Source: Burkholderiales bacterium
GTDB lineage: Bacteria > Pseudomonadota > Gammaproteobacteria > Burkholderiales > SG8-41
DNA length: 64,000 nucleotides
Assembly (NCBI GenBank): GCA_019634975.1
Contig: JAHCAI010000005.1
Coordinates: 177,719-241,718, forward strand
Direction: 5' to 3'
The translations under genes were made by a program, and so were the position numbers. Position 1 is the stretch's first letter, and each line of letters starts with the position of its first letter. This document shows, in pieces, positions 1 to 8,650 of this stretch. The notes under the pieces are model-generated. The model made no database searches. It was not told where the DNA came from and saw only the letters and a list, made by a program, of their open reading frames with translations.

Positions 1-485
1 GAATTGCTGATGCGTCTGTCCACCGCGAAGCCCGCGGCTTCGCAGGCCTTCGCCATCTCGATCGCGCGCTCGACCGGCATCTCCCAGGGATGGATCAGGT
101 CGAGATCGGGAAACTCGCGGGCCAGCGTGTCGGGGTCGGCAAGCCCGGCGCAGTCATCGGAAGCGGTGTATTTCGCGATCGCCAGCGCGGCGTCGACGGT
201 GTCGCGCACCGCCTGCGGCGAGAAGTCCGAGCTCGAGGCATGGCCGCGCTGCCTGCCGATGTAGACGCTGACGCCGATGCCCTTGTCGCGGTTGTACTCG
301 ATGGTTTCGACTTCACCCTGGCGCGCGGTGACGGTCTGGCCGAAGCCCTCGCTGGCCTCGGCGTCGGCAGCCGTCGCGCCGCGGCTGCGCGCGTAGGCGA
401 GTGCGTCGCTGACGAGCTGCTGCAGCGCCGCCTTGTCATGGGAAAAAGGCCGTGATGCCGGCTGGTTTTCGGGTCGTGATGCCAT
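1..485 (-). CDS. pmbA: PmbA/TldE metalloprotease, N-terminal ~161 codons (3' end runs off the window)
   Basis: Not in the ORF track (no stop in window). The reverse frame from ATG 485-483 reads MASRPENQPASRPFSHDKAALQQLVSDALAYARSRGATAADAEASEGFGQTVTARQGEVETIEYNRDKGIGVSVYIGRQRGHASSSDFSPQAV. This is colinear with the E. coli PmbA N-terminus. It is divergent from yjgA, as in enterics. Confidence 0.8.
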   Translation of the reverse strand, partial: MASRPENQPASRPFSHDKAALQQLVSDALAYARSRGATAADAEASEGFGQTVTARQGEVETIEYNRDKGIGVSVYIGRQRGHASSSDFSPQAVRDTVDAALAIAKYTASDDCAGLADPDTLAREFPDLDLIHPWEMPVERAIEMAKACEAAGFAVDRRISN

Positions 486-1086
486 GGCTCTGGAGAACGC
501 CGGAAAGGTCCGGCGCGGAAAGGGCGTTATCATAACAGCTTCATTTTTGGTGCCGCCCGCCGTGGAAGACAGCCCCGATTTCGACGATCTGCCGAGCAAG
601 AGCCAGCGCAAGCGCGACATGACCGCGCTGCAGGACATCGGCGCAGAACTGGTCGGGCTCAACGACCAGCAACTGGCCGCGATCGACCTGCCCGAGGGCC
701 TGCACGAGGCGGTCGCGGAGGCGCGCCGCCTGCGCAGCCACGAGGCGCGCCGCCGCCAGCTGCAGTACATCGGCAAGCTGATGCGCCAGGTCGACCCGGC
801 GCCGATCCGCGAGAAGCTCGACGGCTTCCGCTCGACCTCCGCCGCGGAGACCGCGCGCCTGCACCGCATCGAGCGCTGGCGCGAGCGCCTGCTCGACGAA
901 CCGGGCGCGCTCGCCGAGTTCATCGCCGCGCACCCCGGCACTGACAGCCAGCAGCTGCGCACGCTGATCCGCAACACCGCCGAGGAGCGCGCGCGCGGCA
1001 AGCCGCCGAAGCATTTCCGCGCGCTGTTCCAGATGATCAAGTCGGTGCTCGAGGCACGCGATCCCGCTGGCGACGCCGCAGCCTGA
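484..1086 (+). CDS. yjgA: DUF615 / YjgA (DarP) ribosome-associated protein
   Basis: ORF 433-1086. PSKSQRKRDMTALQDIGAELV...RRRQLQYIGKLMRQVD...QQLRTLIRNTAEERARGKPPKHFRALFQMIK is colinear with E. coli YjgA. Start uncertain (ATG 484 or in-frame GTG 550). Confidence 0.8.
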   Translation: MALENAGKVRRGKGVIITASFLVPPAVEDSPDFDDLPSKSQRKRDMTALQDIGAELVGLNDQQLAAIDLPEGLHEAVAEARRLRSHEARRRQLQYIGKLMRQVDPAPIREKLDGFRSTSAAETARLHRIERWRERLLDEPGALAEFIAAHPGTDSQQLRTLIRNTAEERARGKPPKHFRALFQMIKSVLEARDPAGDAAA

Positions 1087-1102
1087 GGCTATAATCCGCG
1101 CC

Positions 1103-1732
1103 ATGTCGAATCCCGCAGAACTGCTCATCGGTCTCGTCTCGATCAGCGATCGCGCCTCGCAGGGCGTGTACAAGGACGAAGGCCTGCCCGCGCTCGAGGA
1201 ATGGCTCAGGCAGGCGATCAGCGACCCGCCTTGGCGCCCGGTGACGCGGCTGATCCCGGACGAGCGCCCGGTCATCGAGGAAACGCTGACGGAACTCGTC
1301 GATCGCGAGGGTTGCCAGCTGGTGCTGACCACCGGCGGCACCGGCCCGGCGCTGCGCGATGTGACGCCGGAAGCGACACTCGCCGTCGGCGACAAGGAGA
1401 TGCCCGGCTTCGGCGAGCAAATGCGCCAGGTCAGCCTCAAGTTCGTGCCCACCGCGATCCTGTCGCGGCAGGTCGCGGTGATCCGCTATCGCCGCTCCAA
1501 CCTCGAGCCGAAAACCGGCGCACTGATCATCAACCTGCCCGGCCAGCCGAAGGCGATCAGGGAAACCCTCGAAGGCCTGAAAGACGAGGCCGGCAAGCCG
1601 CTGGTCCACGGCATCTTCGCCGCCGTGCCCTACTGCATCGACCTCATCGGCGGGCCGTACATCGAGACCAATGACGCGGTGTGCAAGGCGTTCCGGCCGA
1701 AGTCGGCATTGCGGGAAAAACCTAAAACCTAG
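1103..1732 (+). CDS. mog: Molybdopterin adenylyltransferase MogA
   Basis: LIGLVSISDRASQGVYKDEGLPALEEWL...LVLTTGGTGPALRDVTPEATLAVGDKEMPGFGEQMRQVSLKFVPTAILSRQ...NLPGQPKAIRETLEG...VPYCIDLIGGPYIET matches E. coli MogA almost motif for motif. Confidence 0.92.
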   Translation: MSNPAELLIGLVSISDRASQGVYKDEGLPALEEWLRQAISDPPWRPVTRLIPDERPVIEETLTELVDREGCQLVLTTGGTGPALRDVTPEATLAVGDKEMPGFGEQMRQVSLKFVPTAILSRQVAVIRYRRSNLEPKTGALIINLPGQPKAIRETLEGLKDEAGKPLVHGIFAAVPYCIDLIGGPYIETNDAVCKAFRPKSALREKPKT

Positions 1733-1733
1733 C

Positions 1734-1846
1734 CACAGGGCACACAGAAAAATCTTAACTTCAATTAACAGGATGGACAGGATATTCAGGATAAACCCCG
1801 CGCGGCGACCGCCCTCATCCTGCGAATCCTGTCCATCCTGTTAATT
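1734..1846. repeat. CACAGGGCACACAGAAAAA motif followed by a ~30-bp imperfect inverted repeat
   Basis: Arms are 1763-1792 (aattaacaggatggacaggatattcaggat) and 1817-1846 (atcctgcgaatcctgtccatcctgttaatt). The CACAG..CACAGA..AAAAA head (1734-1752) recurs at 15911 and 16137. It sits in the mog-esterase intergenic gap. Confidence 0.55.
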
Positions 1847-1856
1847 CGTTCTCCCC

Positions 1857-2534
1857 ATGACCACACTTCTCGAAACCATCGAACTCGAAACCGCCAAAAA
1901 CCCCACCGCCGCCGTGATCTGGATGCACGGCCTCGGCGCCGACGGCAATGACTTCGTGCCCATCGTCAACGAGCTCGACCTCGCCGGGGCACCGGGCATC
2001 CGCTTCGTGTTCCCGCATGCGCCGATGCGGCCGGTGACCATCAACAACGGCTACGTCATGCGCGCCTGGTACGACGTATCCTTCGGCGACCTCGAGGGAC
2101 GCTCGCGCAAGGCCGACGAAAAAGGTGTGCGCGAATCGCAGGCGCAGATCGGCGAGCTGATTGAACGCGAAATCGAGCGCGGCATCGCGGCGGACAAAAT
2201 CGTGCTTGCCGGTTTCTCGCAGGGCGGCGCGGTTGCGCTGCAGACCGGCCTGCGCCATCCGGAAAAACTCGCCGGGGTGATGGCGCTGTCCACCTACCTG
2301 CCGCTCGCCGAGAGCTTCGCGCAGGAGGCGGCGCCGGCCAATGCCAGGACCTCCGTGTTCATGGCCCACGGCACCCACGACCCGGTGGTTCCCTACGCGA
2401 TGGGCAGCGGTTCACGCGACCTGCTGGCGCGGTCCGGCTACGCCGTCGAGTGGCACGAGTATCCGATGCAGCACTCGGTGTGCATGGAGGAAGTCGCCGA
2501 CATCAGCCGCTGGCTGGTGCGGGTGCTGGGCTAA
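1857..2534 (+). CDS. Carboxylesterase / phospholipase family alpha/beta hydrolase
   Basis: 225 aa. Contains WMHGLGADGNDF, the nucleophile elbow GFSQGG, and a late HGTHDPVV...H pattern typical of carboxylesterase II-type enzymes. Confidence 0.85.
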   Translation: MTTLLETIELETAKNPTAAVIWMHGLGADGNDFVPIVNELDLAGAPGIRFVFPHAPMRPVTINNGYVMRAWYDVSFGDLEGRSRKADEKGVRESQAQIGELIEREIERGIAADKIVLAGFSQGGAVALQTGLRHPEKLAGVMALSTYLPLAESFAQEAAPANARTSVFMAHGTHDPVVPYAMGSGSRDLLARSGYAVEWHEYPMQHSVCMEEVADISRWLVRVLG

Positions 2535-2558
2535 GGCGCCCTTTCATCCCCGGGCTTA

Positions 2559-3323
2559 CTAGAACGAGAACTTCAGCTTCGGGCCCATGTTGACCTGGGG
2601 CTGCGGCTTGGGCTGCTCGACCTGCCTGACGTAGATGTCGTAGAGCAGCAGCCAGCGACGGGTGTCGGGATCGGCCACCGGCTCCACGCCGTGGAAGGAA
2701 TTGTCGGTCTTGAAAAACGCAAACAGCGAGTTCGGCATGAACGGCATGGTACGCAGCCGGGAGAACTGGTCGCGCTGGTGATGCGGGCCGCCCGGACACC
2801 TGAAATCGAGGTCGTTCGGCACGTAAATCGAAGTGCCCAGGTGTTTTTGCGATTCATCAGGCGGCAGATAGAACAGCATGGTCACCACCTTGCGCGGCGC
2901 ATCGGTGTGCGGCCCCAGCTTGTAATTGGTAACGTCCTGAACCAGCAGCAATTCGTCGTTGAATTGCACCGACTGCCCGTTGAAACGCTCCTGGATGAAA
3001 GGCTGGAACTTGTGCAGCACGAGGGATGAAAACCTTCCGGCGGTCATCCAGTCACGGAAATCGCTCCAGAATCTCCGCTTTGATTCAGGCAGCGTTTCCA
3101 GGTGCTTGTCCTCGAAGCCGAGAACGAAACGTTCCTTGTAGCCCTTGACCGGACGCGCCTGCTCGATCGGAACCATCGCTTCCGGGTCGGGCATGTTGTG
3201 CTGGAGCTCGCGGTAAAAATCCCCGGGGAACACTTCGGGTATGAAAAAGTGGGGAAACGGAAACATGTTGAACTGCTCATTGCCCACTTTGTATGCCAAC
3301 TGAAGTTCAGCGTCGGAAAACAT
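2559..3323 (-). CDS. Hypothetical protein, 2OG-Fe(II) oxygenase-like
   Basis: ORF 2559-3404. The likely start is ATG 3323 (MFSDAELQ), overlapping the upstream gene stop by 17 nt. There is an HxD...H pattern (LGPHTDAP ... NSFHGVEP) in a beta-rich context. Function is not established. Confidence 0.55.
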   Translation of the reverse strand: MFSDAELQLAYKVGNEQFNMFPFPHFFIPEVFPGDFYRELQHNMPDPEAMVPIEQARPVKGYKERFVLGFEDKHLETLPESKRRFWSDFRDWMTAGRFSSLVLHKFQPFIQERFNGQSVQFNDELLLVQDVTNYKLGPHTDAPRKVVTMLFYLPPDESQKHLGTSIYVPNDLDFRCPGGPHHQRDQFSRLRTMPFMPNSLFAFFKTDNSFHGVEPVADPDTRRWLLLYDIYVRQVEQPKPQPQVNMGPKLKFSF

Positions 3324-4071
3324 GCTCTGCAACTCCCTTGAAATCTCCTGACTTGCGTTCGGCGCGCGCAACTTGAGCCGGATCGTGCCTGAGACCCATC
3401 GCATTGAGCTCCCGCACCATCGCGCGGTGCTCCTCCAGATTCAGGTTGGTCTCGATCAATACCGACCGTACCGCAGGGTTCGCCAGCGTCTTGCGCGCAC
3501 CGGCAACAACCTTGTGCTCGAAGCCGTCAACGTCGATCTTGAAATGGTTTGGCACCGGAATAGCCCCCTCCGCGACCAGTTCGTCGAGCGTGCGGGCAAT
3601 ACATCCCTGCGTGAACAGCGCCTTCAGCGGCCGCAGATGGGCGTCCAGCGGTTCGTCCACGGCATGGCAGGAACCGCCGACGCGCATGTCCGCCATGTGC
3701 AGGTCGAACAGACCCGATTTGTCGGAAAGCCCCATGCAATAGGCTTTCACGCGGTCGGCAAGCCCGTTCATGAGGATGTTGCGATTGAGCAGGGCGTAAT
3801 TCTGGGCCTCGGGTTCAAGCGCATAGACGCGGGTGCCCCGGGTTGCGGCCGCCCAGATCGTGTACATGCCGACATTGGCGCCGCAATCGAGCAGGATGTC
3901 GTCCTGCCGGAAGGTCTCGATCCATTCCAGCGTCCAGGGTTCCTTCTGGTAGATCGACTCGACCCTCCACAGGGTCAGGGTGCTCGGCGTCGCGAACTTC
4001 ATGACCTTGCCCGCGTGCTCGATTTCGCAGCTTGGATTCAGGCGTTCGTATTCCTGCAGCGTCAGGCTCAT
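3307..4071 (-). CDS. FkbM-family SAM-dependent methyltransferase
   Basis: 254 aa. Has the SAM-binding LLDCGANVGMYT...VYALEP motif and the C-terminal FKIDVDGFE motif typical of the FkbM family. Confidence 0.75.
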   Translation of the reverse strand: MSLTLQEYERLNPSCEIEHAGKVMKFATPSTLTLWRVESIYQKEPWTLEWIETFRQDDILLDCGANVGMYTIWAAATRGTRVYALEPEAQNYALLNRNILMNGLADRVKAYCMGLSDKSGLFDLHMADMRVGGSCHAVDEPLDAHLRPLKALFTQGCIARTLDELVAEGAIPVPNHFKIDVDGFEHKVVAGARKTLANPAVRSVLIETNLNLEEHRAMVRELNAMGLRHDPAQVARAERKSGDFKGVAEHVFRR

Positions 4072-4238
4072 GTGCTCCGGATTTTCAGGTTGCCCCGCCC
4101 TTAGGCGGTCGCGGGAATTCTATACCAAGGCCCCTCATCCGCCATCAATTACCCAGCAAACGACGGCAATTTTGTAAAATTGCCGGGTTTTGGCCAATGA
4201 CTGCCGTCGCAGCCGCGACTTTTTTGCTGGAGACCCGG

Positions 4239-5438
4239 ATGACCCAACCCCTGGATGGCGTGCGCATCATCGACCTGAGCTCGGTGGTGATGGGACCGTT
4301 TGCGACGCAGCTGCTCGGCGACCTTGGCGCCGACGTGGTGAAGGTCGAGCCGCCCGACGGCGACATCCTGCGCCACATCGCGCCGATGAAGCATCCGGCC
4401 ATGGGCCACATCTACCTGCACCACAACCGCAACAAGCGCTCGATCGTGCTCGACCTGAAGAAACCCGAGGGCCTCGAAGCGCTGCACAAGCTGCTGAAGA
4501 CCGCCGACGTGCTGTTCTACAACGTGCGGCCGCAGGCGATGAAGCGGCTGAAGCTCTCCTACGAGGAAGTCGCCGCGATCAATCCGCAGATCATCTATGT
4601 CGGCGCCTACGGCTTCAGCCAGCGCGGACCCTATGCCGCCCAGCCGGCCTACGACGACCTGATCCAGGGCATGTCGGCGATGCCGGCGCTGTTCCACGAG
4701 GCCGGCGCCTCGGCGCCGCGCTACGCGCCGCTGGCGATCGCCGACCGCATCACCGGGCTTGCCGCGGTCAATGCCGTCACCACCGCGCTCTTCGCGCGCT
4801 GCCGCACCGGCAAGGGACAGGCGGTCGAGGTGCCGATGTTCGAGACCGTGACCCAGATGGTGCTTGCCGACCACATGGGCGGCTTCACCTTTGATCCGCC
4901 CGAGGGCGGCTACGGCTACGCGCGCATGCTCGCCGAGCACCGCGCGCCGTACCAGACGAGGGACGGCTACATGTGCGTGCTGATCTACAACGACAAGCAC
5001 TGGCGCGCCTTCCTGAAGCTGGTCGGCCGCCCGGAGATGTTCGAGCAGGATCCGCGCTTCGGCAGCCACGAGGCGCGCTCGCGCAACATCGCCGAGGTCT
5101 ACGCCTTCGCCGCCGAACAGCTGAAGCAGCGCACGAATGCCGAGTGGGAAAAGCTGCTGCGCGAGGCGGACATCCCGTCGGCGCCGATGAAGACCGTGGG
5201 CGACGTGCTCAACGATCCGCACCTTGCTGCCACCGGCTTCTTCAAGACCTCGGAGCATCCGAGCGAGGGCCGGCTGCGCGAAATGACCCTCGCCAGCCAC
5301 TGGTCCGGCGCCGACCCGATGCCCCACCGCCCGGCACCGCGGCTCGGCGAACACAGCGCGGAAATCCTGCGCGAGGCGGGTTACGGCGACGCCGACATCC
5401 GGCGCATGGCTGCGGCGGGAGTTACCAAGCTGGCCTGA
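4239..5438 (+). CDS. Family III CoA-transferase (CaiB/BaiF)
   Basis: ORF 4032-5438. The sensible start is ATG 4239 (MTQPLDGVRIIDLSSVVMGPFATQLLGDLGADVVKVEPP). Family III hallmarks run throughout (GYDDLIQ, IADRITG). Confidence 0.88.
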   Translation: MTQPLDGVRIIDLSSVVMGPFATQLLGDLGADVVKVEPPDGDILRHIAPMKHPAMGHIYLHHNRNKRSIVLDLKKPEGLEALHKLLKTADVLFYNVRPQAMKRLKLSYEEVAAINPQIIYVGAYGFSQRGPYAAQPAYDDLIQGMSAMPALFHEAGASAPRYAPLAIADRITGLAAVNAVTTALFARCRTGKGQAVEVPMFETVTQMVLADHMGGFTFDPPEGGYGYARMLAEHRAPYQTRDGYMCVLIYNDKHWRAFLKLVGRPEMFEQDPRFGSHEARSRNIAEVYAFAAEQLKQRTNAEWEKLLREADIPSAPMKTVGDVLNDPHLAATGFFKTSEHPSEGRLREMTLASHWSGADPMPHRPAPRLGEHSAEILREAGYGDADIRRMAAAGVTKLA

Positions 5439-5455
5439 AGCCTGCCCCAGGCTTC

Positions 5456-5615
5456 TAGCCCTGATGGAGCGCAGCGGAATCCGGGGAAGTCCTTGAAGTA
5501 GGCCACCACAGTCCCGGACTCCGGCCTGCGGCCCTCCTCCGGGCTACTCAACCGAGATATCCCCGGGGTTGCAGCCCGGATGCGCCCGCAAGGAAGTCTT
5601 CCCGGGAAAGAGCAC
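5456..5615. repeat. REP-like palindromic unit cluster (GTAGCCCGGATG..GGAATCCGGGG family)
   Basis: Units lie in opposite orientation at 5456-5486 (tagccctgatggagcgcagcggaatccgggg) and 5510-5548 (reverse: agtagcccggaggagggccgcaggccggagtccgggact), with a third degenerate unit at 5562-5615. The same family occurs at 15983-16075. Confidence 0.6.
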
Positions 5616-5645
5616 AGCGAAATCCAGGGAGTGGCCCCACTCGAC

Positions 5646-6095
5646 TCACAACTGGCGGCGATACTGGATGAACCCGGAGCGCTCGGCGACCTGGTCGTAG
5701 AGCCTGCGCGCCGTGGCATTCGACTCCTGCGTCATCCAGTACACCCGCGGCGAACCGGCCTCCTGCGCACGTTCATAGACCGCTTCGATCAGCGCACGTC
5801 CGACGCCCTGCCCGCGCATCTCCGCCGCGGTATACAGATCCTGCAGGTAACACACCGGCGCCAGCATCGCGGTATTGCGGTGGAACAGGTAATGAACCAG
5901 GCCCACCAGCCTGCCGTCGCGCTCGGCGACCACGGCATGCATCGGCTCGTAGACATCGAAGAAACGCGCCCAGGTGATACGCGTGACCTCTCCCGGCACC
6001 CTGCGTTCATAGAAGCTGTTGTAACCCTCCCACAACGGCAGCCATTGTTCGAAATCCGCGGGCATCGCAGAACGGATGACGGGTTTAACGGGCAC
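5646..6095 (-). CDS. GNAT-family N-acetyltransferase
   Basis: 149 aa. Has the acetyl-CoA binding motif LQDLYTAAEMRGQGVGRALIEAV and a C-terminal NATARRLYD. Confidence 0.85.
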   Translation of the reverse strand: MPVKPVIRSAMPADFEQWLPLWEGYNSFYERRVPGEVTRITWARFFDVYEPMHAVVAERDGRLVGLVHYLFHRNTAMLAPVCYLQDLYTAAEMRGQGVGRALIEAVYERAQEAGSPRVYWMTQESNATARRLYDQVAERSGFIQYRRQL

Positions 6096-6143
6096 GACGG
6101 CTCCTCATTGCGGGGTACACGGCAACGCTCATGGTAACAAGTC

Positions 6144-6989
6144 TCAGGTTCGGCGCGACGGCGTGCTGATCACCAGCGCAACGCCGCCCAGCACCGCCAC
6201 CGACGCCAGCACCAGGCGCAGCGTCAGCTGTTCGTCAAGAAAGACAATGGCGCCGAAGGTGGCGATCAGCGGCACGCTAAGCTGCAGCGTGGCGGCGGTG
6301 GCAGCCTTCAGCCCCGGCAGCGCGGCATACCAGATCGCATAACCGAGGCCGGAGGCCAGCGCGCCGGAGGCCACGGCATGCAGCGCTCCGGTCGCATCCC
6401 AGCTCGCGGCATCGATCAGCAGCAGGCTGCAGGCGAGCGCCAGAGGCACGGTTCGCAAAAAATTTCCGGCGGTGGCGCTGACCGGATCGCCGCTGCCGCG
6501 GCCGCGCAGCGAGTAGACGCCCCAGGACATGCCGGCGAAGATCATCAGCAGGGCGCCGCCCGGCGGCGGCGCGGACAGCCCCGGCAGCAGCAGCCCGCCA
6601 AGGCCGGCGAGCGCTACCGCAAGGCCCAGCCACTGCAGCCCGCGCATGCGTTCGCCGCGCCACAGTCCCCAGCCGGTCATCGTCATCTGCACCGCGCCGA
6701 ACAGCAGCAGTGCGCCGGCGGCTGCGGTCAGGCTGCGGTAGGCGAGCGAAAACGCGATGGCATAGGCAAACAGTGCCGCCGCGGAGCGCCAGTCGCCGGC
6801 CAGTGCCGGGCCGCCGCGGCGCAGCACGACGATCAGCCACAGTGTCAGCGCGCCCGAAACCAGCCGGATGGTGGTGAAGCTTGCCGCGTCGATCGCGGTG
6901 TCGCGCAGCGCGGCGCGGCAGAACAGGGAATTGGCTGCGAAGGCGAGCAGCGCCAGCGCGGTCAGCATCACCACGCGTGCGCGTGTCAC
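6144..6989 (-). CDS. DMT-superfamily (EamA-like) transporter
   Basis: 281 aa. About 10 hydrophobic helices with an internally duplicated EamA-like organisation, Ala/Leu/Gly rich. Confidence 0.8.
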   Translation of the reverse strand: MTRARVVMLTALALLAFAANSLFCRAALRDTAIDAASFTTIRLVSGALTLWLIVVLRRGGPALAGDWRSAAALFAYAIAFSLAYRSLTAAAGALLLFGAVQMTMTGWGLWRGERMRGLQWLGLAVALAGLGGLLLPGLSAPPPGGALLMIFAGMSWGVYSLRGRGSGDPVSATAGNFLRTVPLALACSLLLIDAASWDATGALHAVASGALASGLGYAIWYAALPGLKAATAATLQLSVPLIATFGAIVFLDEQLTLRLVLASVAVLGGVALVISTPSRRT

Positions 6990-7018
6990 CGTGCAGTCGC
7001 CGCCGTCATGCCGGCGAC

Positions 7019-8572
7019 TCAGCTGCTGCGCGCCATGACCTTGAACATCGCCCAGTCGAAGTCCTCACCGCCCTCCGCAAGCCGCGAAGGCATCAGCAGG
7101 TACGGCTTGTGGTTGACCGTCATGTCCAGGCTGTCGCGGGAATTGTAGGTGCTCTCGCGCAGCACCAGGCCGATCTCGCCGTTTCTGTCCGGCGTCGTCG
7201 ACAGCAGCAGCGCGGAGTCCGTGGGCTCCGCCGGTGCCGAAGCAAAAGCGCCGCCGGACTTGCCGATGCGCACCGGGATCGCGATTTTCGACAGCAGCTG
7301 CACTCCGACGCGGCGCTGCTGGTGCTCATCGCGGGTGACGCGGCGGATGATGCCCACGCCCCAGTGCTTCGCGATCTCGGTTTTCACGCCGACCAGAGCG
7401 CCGACGCGCACCCAGTCGCTTTTCGCCGCGGGGATGATCGCGCCATAGCCGCCGTCGCTGACATTCTCGACGATCCAGCTCTCGGCGGTGCTCTCCGCAG
7501 CGGCCGGCGCGCTGAAGTCGAGGTCATCGCTGTTCTCGGGATCGAGCACGCGCAGGATTTCCGCCATGCCGTGCAGCACCGTCATGCGCGTTGCGGTGTG
7601 CCGGCGCTCGGCACCGCGCGCCGGCGCATCATCCGACCAGTACAGGCCGAGATGGGCCAGCACCGGCAGCACCACGGCCTTGTCGTAGCTGCCGCCGAGG
7701 TGCACGCCGGTGGGAACCGCCCCGGTCTCGCGGACCGCCGCCTCGACCTTCCGCAACTGCGCCAGCGCCTCGCCGGCGCCGAAAAAGCGCACCGTGGCCG
7801 GCAACGGCTTGCCGCCGATCACGCGGAACGGCGGCCTGCCGCCGGCGATGTCGAAGGCGTAACCGCAGCCGGGTCCGGGCGCGCGCGCGATGCGGAAATC
7901 CGGAGAGAAATGCGCCACCGCGCGCTCGGCAATTTCCTGGCGCAGCGGACTCAGGCCGTCGGTCGAGGACACGCTGAGCATCAGTCCCTTCAGCAATTCC
8001 TGGCGCACCGAGCCGCCGCCATGCGATCCGGGATAGATCTGGATCGCCGCATCGGCAAACCCGGCCGCCTCCGCCACCTGGTAGAGGCGCCCCATGTCCG
8101 ACCACACCCGCGGCTCCACCGGACCGTAGCGCACGAGGATCCATTTCAGCTGCAGCGTCATCGCGCGCAGCGTGCGCGCGACGATCACCGGCAGGCTCTT
8201 GCGGATCGCGGTGCCGGTCTGTCCGGATTCAAAGCGGGCGACGCATTCGAGGTAAGCCTCGCTGAGCGCCTTCCAGAATCCGTAGCTGCCGGTCCACAGC
8301 CGGTGTTCCTGGAATTTCTGCTGGCGCGCGGTGCCGAAATAATCCTGCGCCAGCCGGCGCTGGTGGTTCTTCGCGGCCGCATCGAGCAGGTCGACGTTCT
8401 CGAACAGGCGCTCGGCGCGGAACGCCTTGGTGTCGCGCAGCGTCTCCAGCCAATGGGTGATTTCCGCCAGCGCCTTCAGCGGATCGACCGGCAGTTCCTC
8501 GATGATCTCCCGCGCGCGCCTTGCGTCCGCCATCGGGTGATCGATTTTTTCGCCCTTCAGGAAGCCGAGCAT
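7019..8572 (-). CDS. Hypothetical 517-aa protein with possible C-terminal PilZ-like domain
   Basis: Long ORF with non-repetitive composition. The C-terminal third contains ERRHTATRMTV, then ~35 aa later ENVSDGGYG, resembling the PilZ RxxxR ... (D/N)xSxxG pattern (the first motif is not canonical). Confidence 0.6.
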   Translation of the reverse strand: MLGFLKGEKIDHPMADARRAREIIEELPVDPLKALAEITHWLETLRDTKAFRAERLFENVDLLDAAAKNHQRRLAQDYFGTARQQKFQEHRLWTGSYGFWKALSEAYLECVARFESGQTGTAIRKSLPVIVARTLRAMTLQLKWILVRYGPVEPRVWSDMGRLYQVAEAAGFADAAIQIYPGSHGGGSVRQELLKGLMLSVSSTDGLSPLRQEIAERAVAHFSPDFRIARAPGPGCGYAFDIAGGRPPFRVIGGKPLPATVRFFGAGEALAQLRKVEAAVRETGAVPTGVHLGGSYDKAVVLPVLAHLGLYWSDDAPARGAERRHTATRMTVLHGMAEILRVLDPENSDDLDFSAPAAAESTAESWIVENVSDGGYGAIIPAAKSDWVRVGALVGVKTEIAKHWGVGIIRRVTRDEHQQRRVGVQLLSKIAIPVRIGKSGGAFASAPAEPTDSALLLSTTPDRNGEIGLVLRESTYNSRDSLDMTVNHKPYLLMPSRLAEGGEDFDWAMFKVMARSS

Positions 8573-8650
8573 CCCCTGTTCCCCTGTTGCCGCATCCCAA
8601 GCTGCGTCCGCCGGTCGGCCGGCGGCCGCCGCGGATCGTTTGAGCCCATT

